Part shown: positions 1 through 11,769 of the stretch, piece by piece
How the letters are laid out: every line of letters starts with the position of its first letter
Numbering within the stretch: the first letter of the stretch is position 1
From: the human T2T-CHM13v2.0 reference genome, Homo sapiens
Strand: one strand, 5' to 3'
DNA: 64,000 nucleotides
NCBI RefSeq assembly: GCF_009914755.1
Contig: NC_060948.1
The notes under the pieces: model-generated
Databases searched by the model: none
Told to the model about the DNA's origin: nothing
Seen by the model: the letters and a program-made list of their open reading frames with translations, nothing else
Program-made: the position numbers and the translations under genes

Positions 1-330
1 ATTTCCATGAATTGGAAGTACTTCAATTAATAGCATTTAATAAATATTGACTTATTAATTTCATTTACATGAGGGTTCCTTATAAGTTTTAAAGCTCATC
101 AAAACCTTTTAAAATCTATTTGCACTCATATCGAAATACAAACATAGAAAAAGGTTACCAAATATTAATTTATATAATGTTAATTCCAATACCCTTCCAA
201 CTACACTTGCACGTATAAGGCACAAAAAAGAGGATGGCTTCATATGTCATTCTACTATCTTCAAAAGTTTAGTAATATTAAAAAGACCTAGAAATATTGT
301 TAATTGAAGAACACAGTTAGAATATTATTA

Positions 331-507
<177 letters not shown>

Positions 508-870
508 CTAAAAGTTACATCAAACTAAAAAATAATTGCATTTCACATCATTATTATGGTTCTTAATACTCAGTCACCCCTACAGTCAGTCTAGTTTATT
601 CCAGTTTCTTTCTGAACTCCACAGCACATTTACTTTTCCTCATTTTCCTTTCTAAGTAGTAGGTTATCCTTTCCATAGAGCCTTAACCTAGTACTATGAG
701 AATTTTCCAAATATCAAACAGATACTACAAAATAAGAGTTTAAAACTCATAAGGCATTTTCATGTAGGTATACAATGAACTTTGAAAAAATATATTTTTT
801 CAAAACATATATATATATAACATACATATTTTAAACATACATACTGAAATATACATGTGAAAATACACAT

Positions 871-872
<2 letters not shown>

Positions 873-908
<36 letters not shown>
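873..908. repeat. (AC)n microsatellite in RBMY intron
   Basis: Direct reading of the sequence. Confidence 0.95.
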
Positions 909-910
<2 letters not shown>

Positions 911-915
911 TTTTA

Positions 916-1053
<138 letters not shown>

Positions 1054-1382
1054 TTATCTATATTTAGATATAAATAAGCTAAAAAGATAAAATTTTATTA
1101 CAAACTGTGCTGAAAATCCAAGTAAAATTCCCTTCCTGAGGCTGACATCTTTTTATTACTTCTTACTTTAAATATGTAAAATTTGTAACACTCAGAGCAA
1201 AGGGGCACTAACTTCACACACAAATGCTGCATTTTAGTATGAACTGACAGAATCTCATTTCTAAAAATTAGATAAGAAAAGCTATCATAATTTTCCTAAG
1301 TTGCAATATGAAGAATGCCTTCATTTAAATAATTTTATTTGAAAACTGTCTATTTATGAGGTACAGTGTGATGTTTTGCATA

Positions 1383-1658
1383 TTTTCTTTCTTGAGATGT
1401 GTGTCTCCTGTTGCCAAAGTGCACTGTTCACTGCAGCCTCCTCCACCCAGCCCAACTGATCTTCCCACATCTCAGCTTCCGAAGTTGCTAGTACTACAGG
1501 GGCTTTCTACCACAGCTGGGCAATTTTTTGTGTTTTTAAAAATAAACAAGGGTTTCCCCATATTGCCCAAGGTAGTCTCCAAATCCTGGGCTCAAGTGTT
1601 CTGCCGGCTTGGGCCTACCAAAGTGATGGGATTTCAAGGGTGAATCACCACACTCAGC
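1383..1658 (-). mobile_element. Old, degenerate Alu (AluJ-like)
   Basis: Antisense Alu motifs: ctgcagcctc, gtactacagg, tattgcccaaggtagtctccaaatcctgggctcaagtg, caaagtgatgggatttcaagggtgaatcacca. Confidence 0.75.
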
Positions 1659-1777
1659 ATGATATTTGGATAAAAGATTAAATCAAGCTACTTAAAATGT
1701 TCTAGGGGGAGAATATTTTAAATATTTTACAATCTTCTAGTGATTTGAAATATACAATAGGTCACAGATTCTAAAAC

Positions 1778-2130
1778 CCTAGCCTTCAACCCGTACCTAT
1801 CTGTGGCCTGAATGTGATGCCACAGGATGACATGTAATACCTGTTTGTGGAGAATGTAACGCCTGAGGATGACCTGAGGTGGTACAGTTCTATCCAGAAA
1901 CCATCCTCCCTACTCCCTCGCTGGCCCTCCCTGTCCCCGTGGCAGCCCCACTGCCCCACCTGTCCTCTGTCACATTGCTCCTACCGGAAGACCCGCCCTA
2001 CCACGTGCCCCTCGGGTACCTGCCGCCAGCCCCCACTCCCAAACCTGTCCACCTCGCCGCCTTCTACCCCTGTGCAACCCTTGTCTGAGGAAAAATTGTC
2101 TTTCACTAAACCAGTCCCTGATGCGAAAAT
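1778..2130 (+). mobile_element. MER1B-like hAT-Charlie DNA transposon remnant with an expanded internal C-rich tract
   Basis: gagaatgtaacgcctgaggatgacctgaggtggtacagttctatccagaaaccatcc and ggaaaaattgtctttcactaaaccagtccctgatgcgaaaa match the MER1B consensus as I recall it, on either side of its poly-C tract. Confidence 0.7.
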
Positions 2131-2139
2131 ACCAATAAA

Positions 2140-2247
2140 GGAGTCCATTATGTCACCCAGGCTGGTCTCAAACTCCTCACCTCAAGCCATCCTCTGACCT
2201 CCACTTCCCAAAATGCTAGGATTACACGAGTAAGTCAGTGTGCCAGG
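2140..2247 (-). mobile_element. Alu left monomer / FLAM fragment
   Basis: tgtcacccaggctggtctcaaactcctcacctcaagccatcctc...cccaaaatgctaggattaca. Confidence 0.75.
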
Positions 2248-2919
2248 TTAACAGAATAACTTAAGCTCATCTATGTTGTTCCCGTTTTAGGCTATCTAAC
2301 TCCATTTATCTCGATTACACCCACCGATTATTCGGTTTAAATTATTTACGGTGCCAAAGATACATGAAACATGTTTCAAATACTGTCATACAACGAAGGA
2401 GACAATTACAGGCTTTACAGAGGCAAACTGAAACTGAGATTATTTATGGCCCCCATATTTCTACATACACTAAAGTAACACAATTTATGTCAAATTTCAT
2501 CCAAGCAAATCAGACACGCCACATGTGCTAACTAAAAGTGTGACTTTTTAATCGCAGTGGTTAAGTGTATTGCCTGTATTCTGAATTATGACCACATTCA
2601 CAGAGAAAACCCGCTTTAATAAAAAGTGCACACGAAAACAGTGGCGCCTTAGCACCATCTCCCACAACTAGTCGGACATATTAGGCAGTTAAATGTAGAA
2701 TCCTCAGGAAAAATCAATGAGTTTAACGAAAGTGAGTCTCTTAATAGCACTAAGGAGTTCTTTCCCCACTGACTCCTCCCGTAATTCAACACCCACACAT
2801 AGAAAACCCATCCCCTTTTATAGACAAAATCCCAAACCTTTGCTTTCTATTCTTGCCGAGAGACCCAGCTGTCCAGAGAAACAGAAAATACCTGCGCTTT
2901 TTATTAGGACAAAGAGCCT

Positions 2920-3255
2920 GAGGTTCGCCTGGCCCTCAGGCCGTATGTATCCAGCTTCGGAACACCACAGGGCCAGCTGCGGGAAGGACACCTGGAGCTA
3001 CCCTGAGAGAGAAGGACGCCAGAAGCCGTGCCCGGAAATCCCGCCTACCTCCAGCGGCCAATCATTGAGAAGGCGGTGGGCGTCAGCCAGTTACTGCGAA
3101 GGCTGTGGGTGAGTCCTGAGGCACCCAGCCCCGGCTGGCCTGCAGCTCCATCATCTCGCTGTAACTCTTCTGAGACCCCGCTTGTGCCATGTGGCGGGCG
3201 GCGGTGGATTAAGGCACAGGCGAACTGTGAGCCCTTTGGAATTGTGGGCATGGAA
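2920..3255 (-). promoter_or_regulatory. CpG-rich RBMY promoter/exon 1 with CCAAT box (3058-3062) and GC-box-like motifs
   Basis: Local CpG enrichment; ggCCAATc and ggcggtgggcg immediately upstream of the exon ending AAAGCGCAG|gtattt (donor at 2891). Confidence 0.7.
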
Positions 3256-3859
3256 GACCTACACACTAACTGGCATCCTGAGTGTGGCAAGACATTAATT
3301 AACCCACAGGGAACACATGAAACATCTCACTTCATTAGTCAGGCTAGGCTGATGGTACTGAATATTGCGGATCCAGAGGGGAGAGAGAGGGACCAGCGCT
3401 GCTGCAGGGGCGAGGGCAGCAGCGGTGGCTTGGGGGGATTGGGGCAGGGCGGGTGCGTGGGACTAAAGTCGACTGGTACGTTGCTGAGGTGGAATTCATC
3501 TGCACCAGAAGCTGAAACCCTGCAAGGATTCTCTCAGGTCTAGGCAAATACATACTCCGAGTTCCATGGTTCCTCCCTGAGGATGCTGTACTCACAGGGG
3601 CATTCCAAAGGACTTCTCATCCTGTGCCCTGGGCACACGGGAGGCCTACCGCCATGGTCGCCAATGCAGTGATCCATGTGCACTGCTTTGCTGGTGCAGA
3701 GGCCCTCACAAGTGCAGGGGTGGCCGTGGTGCCTGCTAGCGGGGCTCTGGAAGCCAGGGCCTTGGCATCCTACTCCAGGGCTGCTGTGCGCAGCTAACCC
3801 TGCTGGGTATCTGAGCCCCATTGTGAGTGTGACAGGCTAAGGGTCCTGTGGGGCTCCCC

Positions 3860-6644
3860 AGGAACCCTGTTCCACATAGGTGTAGGATGTGGTTCTCAGC
3901 AGGGCAAGGCCCGCAGGTCTCTCCTGGAGTTGCCCCCAGAGTCTAGGGGTGCCGGGGGCAGGTGGGGTGGGAGGCACAGGCTTTGCTCTGTTGGAGCCCC
4001 AAGGAGGGCACCATGTTAAGGCTGGAGGCTGTGCAGGAGAGGATGGCCTGTGCACAGAGCAGGAAGGCAACCCTGGGGGAAGAGGCATGCTAGTGGGGGA
4101 TGACATCATTGCAGAGATGGAGGTGGTGGCCAAGGAGGAGGCCAATGTGGAGCCACAGCAGGAGGACCTGCAGGCACAGCCTGGCCCTGGCCCCAGTACG
4201 CCCCGGCCAGCAACAGACTCGCTGGACGTCCTTCACTTGGAGCGCAGCTACATGAATGTCCCAGGCTGCAGGGCATCCCCGGCTTCTGGGCCAGAGCCAT
4301 ATCCTTGCAGCTGCCAATTCGGGATGGTTGGCCGCAGGGGATGGGCGCCGAGCTCCTGAGAATGGAGGTGGGGGAAACAACGTGGTAGGCACTGGGGGTC
4401 AGCCAGGATTCAGGGCATGGGGGACAACAAGGGGAGCCGAGAACAGACTCATGCAGATAGTAGGGCAGCTTAATTGCATGTGCCCTGAGGGCATGTGGTA
4501 GGGACAGGAAGCCAAGCACAGCACTCACAAGGAAGAATAGCAGCGCCAAGGACCCTTCGTAACAGCAGAAAGTTGAAGGATACGTTTCACTGGGAAAGTC
4601 CCTTGAGGAAGGGGAGTCTGCATGCCCATGCCAGCAGTGGAACTTCCCTGCTCCCCATGCCTGTGTCCAGCAAGCTCACCCCAGAAACACAAGGTGCTCA
4701 AGACTCGGTGTCACTGTGCACGGGGCTGCTGTCCTATGCAAGGCAGGCACTATCTCCCCAGACACAATTTCTTCCCTCTGCCAGCGCGGCACCCAAAGAT
4801 GTTTAGGCCCTGAGCATATATAACCTCCCTTGAAACCACTCGAGCTCCATGGGGAGAGCCAGGCACAGCCCTGTAGCTACTTCTACGCACAGCAGTTCCA
4901 TGGGGTGGACACATGCACCCCTCAGGGAGACCAGGAGAAGGAGAGACCACACACCCAGACAGCAGCAGAGCCTGTCCAGCACCCAGCACAGGAGGGCCTC
5001 CTGCAGCTCAGAAACACTGAGCAAGTAGTTGCCTCACACAACAACACCCTGCCCGCAACCCCCTGCCAACTTCTTCAGTGCCAGCCCCTGGTCAGAGCAG
5101 GTTGTCTGGGCCTGTCTCCACCCACCACCAAGACCACCACAGCTCTGATGGTGCCCTACACGCCAGAGAGAGACAGAGGACCTGGAAGGGAAGGTGCCCT
5201 GCCCCACACTCTCCGTGCTCTTGCAAACTTGCAGGGTGTTTCCTTGCACGCCCACCCAATCATCTGGCGGCTCCTTGACCAGAGGCAGATTGTGCAGCAC
5301 ACCCAGATGTTGGCCGGGATCACAAATGATGATGAAGTCCTGCTAAGTTACGTATGTGATGGATTTGCAGGTCAGGCTAAGGAGCCTGAGTCTTCAGGAG
5401 GGGTCTGGTGTCTGGGTCAGGTTGAGGTACCCCTGGGATGCGGGGGTGTCTCAATGAGAGAGTTGGGAAGGAGAAACACATGCTTCACCCCAGCTAACAG
5501 CTCACCTCACCCCAGCTACGTGAAATGGTCCTTTGAGTACATCCTCTTTCTCCTTCTTGGCCAGGGAAGGGGAGGAACGCAACTATCCCGGGTACCGGAG
5601 GCAGGATGAAGTTTTCCCTTTATCACAATCTTTACTTCCACAATGAAGTGATCATTCAAGAGTATTGCTTCGGCATCCTCGGTAAGGAGCACCTCCCTGC
5701 ATAGTAGGGGAGCTGGTGTGTGGGAGGGTAGGTCTGGCATGAATCTTCCTGACTCTTCTCTCTGCAGGATACAGGATGTCTCATTCCACTGTAGTCTAGT
5801 GGTTGTGAGATCATGAAAGTGAAGCCTCCACCTGCAGGTAGTACAGCTCCTACCTGAGCTTCTTCAGCTGGTTGGCTGACCATGACTGCCCAGGTTCTGG
5901 CAGGATTGCTGAGGTGAGCGCCAGGTAGGGCATCATGGGAAAGGATCTTGCTGGTCATTCCTTGGCCTCTGGGGAATTGGCTTTGAGCCATGACCTGAAC
6001 TAACCAGTACCCACTTCTGCAGTCCCCTAGATCATCAGCCAGAGCCTGTAGCTCAATCCCCTGCAGTACTTCTCCAGGGAGGGAGGCCATTAGAGAGTGA
6101 ACAGAGAGGAGGCCAGGTGAGCAGTCTAGGGCTGGGGACTGAGAGGCCGTTTATTCCTGGAGTTGTGCCCCACATGGAGAATCCAAGCCTCAGGGAGGTG
6201 ACTGCAGTGAGCAATCCCACGCCATCCATGGGCTGGCGGAGAAATGGCCATCAAAGAACTGTAACACCCACATTTTAGGATTGGGGCACCTTAAGCCGCC
6301 TAAGAGGAATAAGTGTCTAAGGTCAATGGGTGAGAAGCAAGACTCAAGTGGTAGCTGTCTCATCATCCCTCACCAGCTGAGGCCTGAGGCCGGCCACCAC
6401 TTGGGACTCAGTTTGGGCTCAACCAGGGCCCTCTCACCCTCCACGCAGATATCCTCCCAAGGTCCCTATGTCTTCCCTGATGGGCTGTCCCACGCCCATC
6501 ATTTTTTGTTACAATGATCCCAGGCTTCCCTGAGATGCTTTCTGCTCTCTGCCATCATCACTCACACTTCCCTGCCCCACGCTGCCCCACCAGACAAGAG
6601 AGGCCACTACACAGGGAATCTGGAGAACCACACTGGGCTCACAG
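3860..6644 (+). pseudogene. Unprocessed TSPY pseudogene, head-to-head with RBMY
   Basis: Exon remnants in order: exon 1 (GDDIIAEMEVVAKEE...AQPGPGP, ~4010-4300), exon 2 (IVQHTQMLAGITNDDEVLLSY, 5289-5370, frameshifted), exon 3 (MKFSLYHNLYFHNEVIIQEY, to 5681), exon 4 (YRMSHSTVV*WL*DH...FFSWLADHDCPGSGRIAE, 5768-5913, stops), exon 5 (IISQSL*LNPLQYF, from 6031). Confidence 0.9.
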
Positions 6645-6802
6645 TATTGTGAATAGGTTAAACCTTGTATAGTATTGTCATTCTCTCTTTCATAAATTTT
6701 TGAAGAACTCTGATACTGTTTCCATCCCCCCACCCCTGAGGAGAACATGCAGATAGTTCCAAACAATTGTGGAAGTGAGTGGGTATGAAAACATAATTTG
6801 AA

Positions 6803-7110
6803 GGCCAGGTGGGGTGGCTCACGCCTGTAATCCCCACACTTTGGGGGGCCAAGGCTGGTGGATTACCAGATGTCAGAAGTTCAAGACCAGCCTGGTCAAC
6901 ATGGTGAAACCCCATCTCTACTAAATATTCAAAAATTAGCTGGGCGTGGTGGCAGGTTCCTGTAATCTTAGCTATTTGGTGGGCTGAGGCAGGAGAATCG
7001 GTTGAACCCGAGAGGTGGAGGTTGCAGTGAGCCAAGATCACGCCACTGCATTACAGCCTGGGTCACAAGACCAAAGCTTTGTCTCCCCCACCCCACACCC
7101 CCCAAAAAAA
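6803..7110 (+). mobile_element. Full-length Alu (AluS-like)
   Basis: ggccaggtggggtggctcacgcctgtaatcc ... ctactaaatattcaaaaattagctgggcgtggtggc ... ggaggttgcagtgagccaagatc; C-rich tract then short A tail. Confidence 0.92.
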
Positions 7111-7834
7111 GCATCAAATTTACATAAACATAATTATCTTAAAAGCCAGCATAATTTTAATTTTATTGTAGTCATTAGTTTCAGACATTGTTTATTTTGG
7201 AGAAGTGATTACAGAAACTACAAAAATCAAAGCCTGATGAGAACCTTTAAATTAACCACACTGCACAAGCCCAAAGCTGAAAAACTAAGGTGTTTCTGAT
7301 ATAATAGACCAAATTCTGCATTTCCTCTCTATTGGGCAGCGTAATATTGCACATATGAAAAAAAATGCAGTGTTAAATAAAAAGTAGTGGAATTAAGAGG
7401 AGTCATTGCTTAGTGAATTAAAACAACACACAAATTGAGAAGAAAAGACAGTGATAGAAAATATATTGTCTATTGATTTAATTCAGAATAATTTTCATTT
7501 TTGTCTATTAGCATTAAATAGTACCATTAACATAATATCATTTTGTATATTGTCTTCTAACATGTAAGTGGTTTTTATTTTGTATATTTGGAAACCTGAT
7601 CAAAGATTCTTTATACATTTTATTTTTTCCGAAATTTGCTACCTAATAGCTAGCTAAATGCTAGTTGCCTGAATGCCTCTCACTAAGTTGTTTGTCTTTT
7701 CCTAATACATTTAATATGAACTTGGTGTGTAGTTTGTTGGCATCTTTACTAAATCTACAGGTGTTGAAGTTGTTCAGATCTCAGTCATGGATCCTCTTGG
7801 GTTTTCTCAAGGCTAAAACACCCTTTCTATGCTG

Positions 7835-8120
7835 ACCATTAAGAAATTCTCAACTTCAGGCCAGATCTTTGTTCTACCTTCAGACTTGGCATATCCAACT
7901 TCATGCCTTACATCTCCACATACCAAAACCAGACCTTCCTTTCATCCCCAAAACATGTTTCCTCCTACAGTATTCCACTATTTCAGAAATTCACAGCACC
8001 AAATACCCTGTATTTCAAGCTAGAAATGTAGAGGATGATTCTTCAGGCAGCCTTTTCTCAATGACTCTTCATCATTTACATCCAACTCTTCACAGGTTGT
8101 GTGTCCTCTCTGAGAATTAC
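7835..8120 (+). mobile_element. L2 (LINE-2) remnant
   Basis: cagacttggcatatccaac...acatctccac...ccaaaaccagacc...tttcctcctacagtattcc...tcaagctagaaatgtagagg resembles the L2 3' region consensus. Confidence 0.55.
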
Positions 8121-11100
8121 ATAGTCTTAGTAAATGAAGAGTGGCCCGTAAGTAACCTTCAATCGTCCAGTTTTTTTTTCTTCAATTCACGCCAGTTTCT
8201 CTACAGAACAGCTGGAGCTCTGCAATGTCAATGTTGGAGTAAGTACCATTCTCTGCCAGTATTACCATTTTATTTATGATGAGATAAATTATCCTTAAAA
8301 ATGCCCACACAAATCTATACTAAGTAACACAATTAAATTATGTCTTTGTTTTACAGAAAAGTACAAGGCAAATAGAATCAATTGTTATTATATAATCTTT
8401 ATAACTACACACAAAGGTACTAGATATTTCAGACCCCACTTCATACATCTGAAATTTGACTCTCAAAGTCATTAACTCCTCTTAAAGTCTAATTTCAGAT
8501 TGCAAAACTACCTCTTTCCACAATATTGTGCTATCTGCCTTTAAGAACCAGCTGGGGAATCATTAAGAATAAAAAATATAATTTTCTTCAACATCTCCTA
8601 GCTGAGCCAAAATCTAAATTTTCTGTGGAGATGTTGGTGTGCACAATTTTGCCAAAACTTTTACAACTTTAACCACAGCCATGCTTCTGTGGCCTACCTG
8701 TTCATCCAATACCTGCACGCATGCTTTAACATAGAAAAATTTGAAAGTTAATACGAGTATTAACTCTTATCATTATAGACAATGACATCTGAAGACGCTT
8801 TCCAATCTTCCTTGAGTATATAATATCCAAAATGTCAGTACAGTCTCCAAAATGTCAATGTAATCTTAGTAGCAGTGGTTCATTACAGAAGATAATTTTG
8901 CCACAGTGGTCAAATATTTTTGTTAAATACTGCTATTTTATAGCCATACATAGCATTAACTGACCCATGTTGTATAGCTAGAAAAATGATCCTAAAGAAA
9001 ATGTTCAGACATAGGTTTCATATATTTTGCTAAATTGCAAACTAACAGGTTAATCGCTACCGTGAAGTGCTAGACAGTTGGAGTAGTATTTACCAAGAAT
9101 GAAAAAGAAGATAGGGCCATATGAATTGAGAAGGCTGCCGTTATGAAAAGATATCATATTTATTCCTGACTCCTGGCTTGATATTCTTTGTGTGGGGCTT
9201 ATTTTTTTTTATGGTTGTTGTTCTGTTTTTGGTTTTTTGTTGTTGTTTTACTTTCTCTTATGTGTCAGATCAGAGTTTCACAAACATCCTCAAATAATTA
9301 CATGGGTCATAAATAAAACATATACCCAGAAACTTATAGCTATTTTACTTCAAAATCCTGGTTCAATCACCTGGAATGAGACCTGGAGAACCAGTAATTC
9401 TCACAAGTATGCTAAGTGATTATTACCAAAATGACAATTGTGAAATATTTAGACAATCATCCAGGAGCTAGGTAATCAACATTTAATAATTGGTTCTTAC
9501 TGTAAGGGTAAAGGATTTTGTTGAAATGACTATTTAAATGCAAGTTTTATTAAAAAGATAGAAGTGAGCACTTCAGTGCTTTCTAATTAGTGTCTTTAAA
9601 GTATGTTTTGCTAAAATGGCAAAATAATTTTTTCATCTGAAGTTAGCATTATGGCCTCAAATGACTTCTGAGTTAGCTTTTGGAAAATCTTCAGATGATA
9701 AATTCTAAAAACTATCTTGGGTGTTTGTAAAACTTCAGAACATCACTAGGAAGAATATAAATAAAATTACCACTATGCAAAATAATCAAAATAACTCATA
9801 CAAATGTACAGGAAAAAATATATACAATCTAGCCCAGTAGAAGAAAGCAGTACAGGTAAATAATTAGATCCTTTTTAGAAAAGAGGAAAGTCAACTGACC
9901 AACGAAAAATGGCTAGATGCTTGAACTCATTAGTAATCTGGGGATATAAATCAAAACCACATTAGGTTCCAACTTTTGTTCATTAGCTTGTCAACTATTA
10001 AAATAATAATTACTGAGTGTAGTCAAGAATGTAAGGAATGATAATTTTTCCCATCAATCCACAGGACTATCTAATCATATTTAGTAAAATTAGGGTGACT
10101 AAAACCTTTATTGATCCAATGGAAACTTTTTTAGGATAAAAGAGTACGAACATATACAAAACCATTTATTATTTAATATATTATTTCCTTACAGGCAAAT
10201 TGTTTTTACTGTATGGTTGGATCTATAAAACAGTTACCTTCCAAATATTTTTGAAAATGAAATACCTTGAAAAATTTAAAACCACAATAGTATATCTTGA
10301 AGCAAAAGAGAAAAATAACTTCTTTAAATTTATTGTTTAAACATTAGAAATAGTAGGCAGAATAACGATTCTGAACATATTTATATGAATTAATGTGTTT
10401 CTTAACAATAATTATACATAGTTCTTTTCTAGAAAATGCATTTCTTTTAATGTTATATTGATTTTTAAATAAAGTTACTTGCAAGCTTTTCCAAAGTTGC
10501 TTCTTGTTGTCACCAATAAAAGTTATCACCAATGTTTAGCTTTTTAACTGAACATTAAAAATCATTTATCACACATTGTTCAATGTTTTATTTCTGGCAC
10601 AATAAATTTCAAAAGCTTTATTTTGTTTGCAATGATTGATTAAAAATTCAAACTGTTTTTTAATGTAATTTTCTATTTGAAACATCTAAATGGCATTATT
10701 CAATTCTTTTGGAATTTCTTCTGTAGCTAATGGAGCTAACATACTAACAATTACTGATGCATATTTCTTAAGTGCAGAAAAATTAGAATTAAAATGTACA
10801 CAATTGATTTTTTAAAATAGTAATATAATATAAATAAAAAGCCAGGCATCTCAGAATTATATGCTTAATTTTTCCAAATTCACACACTAAACCTGTGAAA
10901 ATGTCATCTTCAGGCATAGTTTTCTTAATGTAACTAATTATTATGTTATGAAATAGCAGCTGCTTTTTCCCCTCAGCCATCTGTATTCTGGATTTCAGGA
11001 TATCACTTTTAGCCTGTGATCCCAACATGGACTACATGGGATCACAGGCTACCCCATGGGTATCATGACTACCCCATGTGTTTACTGGCACTCTTTAACC

Positions 11101-11769
11101 CATAATTTGATTGAACGGGAAACTGAGTAGTTTTCAATTAAGTACCTACTTGCATTTTTAGGCCATTGCTGATGAAACAGATTTTTTTAAATAGTCATTA
11201 GCAAATAGCCCATAAATAGGTAGTTATAAGAATATAACAGATGACAAAACGACTGTGGCCAGACAAATCAACTACTGTCTGTCACCTAAGCTTCTATTTC
11301 CAACACATAATTTACATATATCTAGCCTATTATTTCCTTCCTTTTCCCCAGACCTACCATTTCCACAAGGGGCAAATAAGAAAAAGAATTTAACACCCCC
11401 CATATAAAGTACAAACAGTAATCTGAAAAGAACCACAAGGGAAAAAAATTCAAAATTTACAACTATCTACCCTAAAAGAAGCTGAAAGTCCCTCAAAAAC
11501 TTTCTAGAGGCCATGTCCTTCTATTACAAAAATGATCATAAGAACTGCAGGAGTAGAAGAATAAAAATGCATCTTAAAACTTGCTAAACACTTCAAGTCT
11601 CCCATAAGAATTGTAATGGAAAATGGATCAGTCAGCAGTTTTTTCCATACAATTATGAACGAATTATATTTCCTCATACACAGATTTGTTTTTTCAATAT
11701 TCTAAGGAATTAACTTTTATACTAATAGTAGGTGATGTAAGAAAGCAGGCCTTTATCAAGATAACTGAC

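Noticed and set aside
1847-2197. Proline-rich ORFs in RBMY intron 1
   Set aside because: Products of the C-rich tract within the MER1B-like element and the adjacent Alu fragment
4830-5609. 259-aa ORF as a novel gene
   Set aside because: Starts at TTG and runs through relic intron 1; only IVQHTQMLAGITNDDEVLLSY is meaningful and it is the TSPY exon 2 remnant
6658-7041. 127-aa ORF and similar ORFs at 26918-27849
   Set aside because: Typical Alu-derived translations ([21 protein letters not shown])
8500-11030. Possible exon fragments in the AT-rich spacer (minus-strand peptides near 8,720 and 10,789-11,028)
   Set aside because: No recognisable homology or consistent splice chain; a TBLASTX search would be needed
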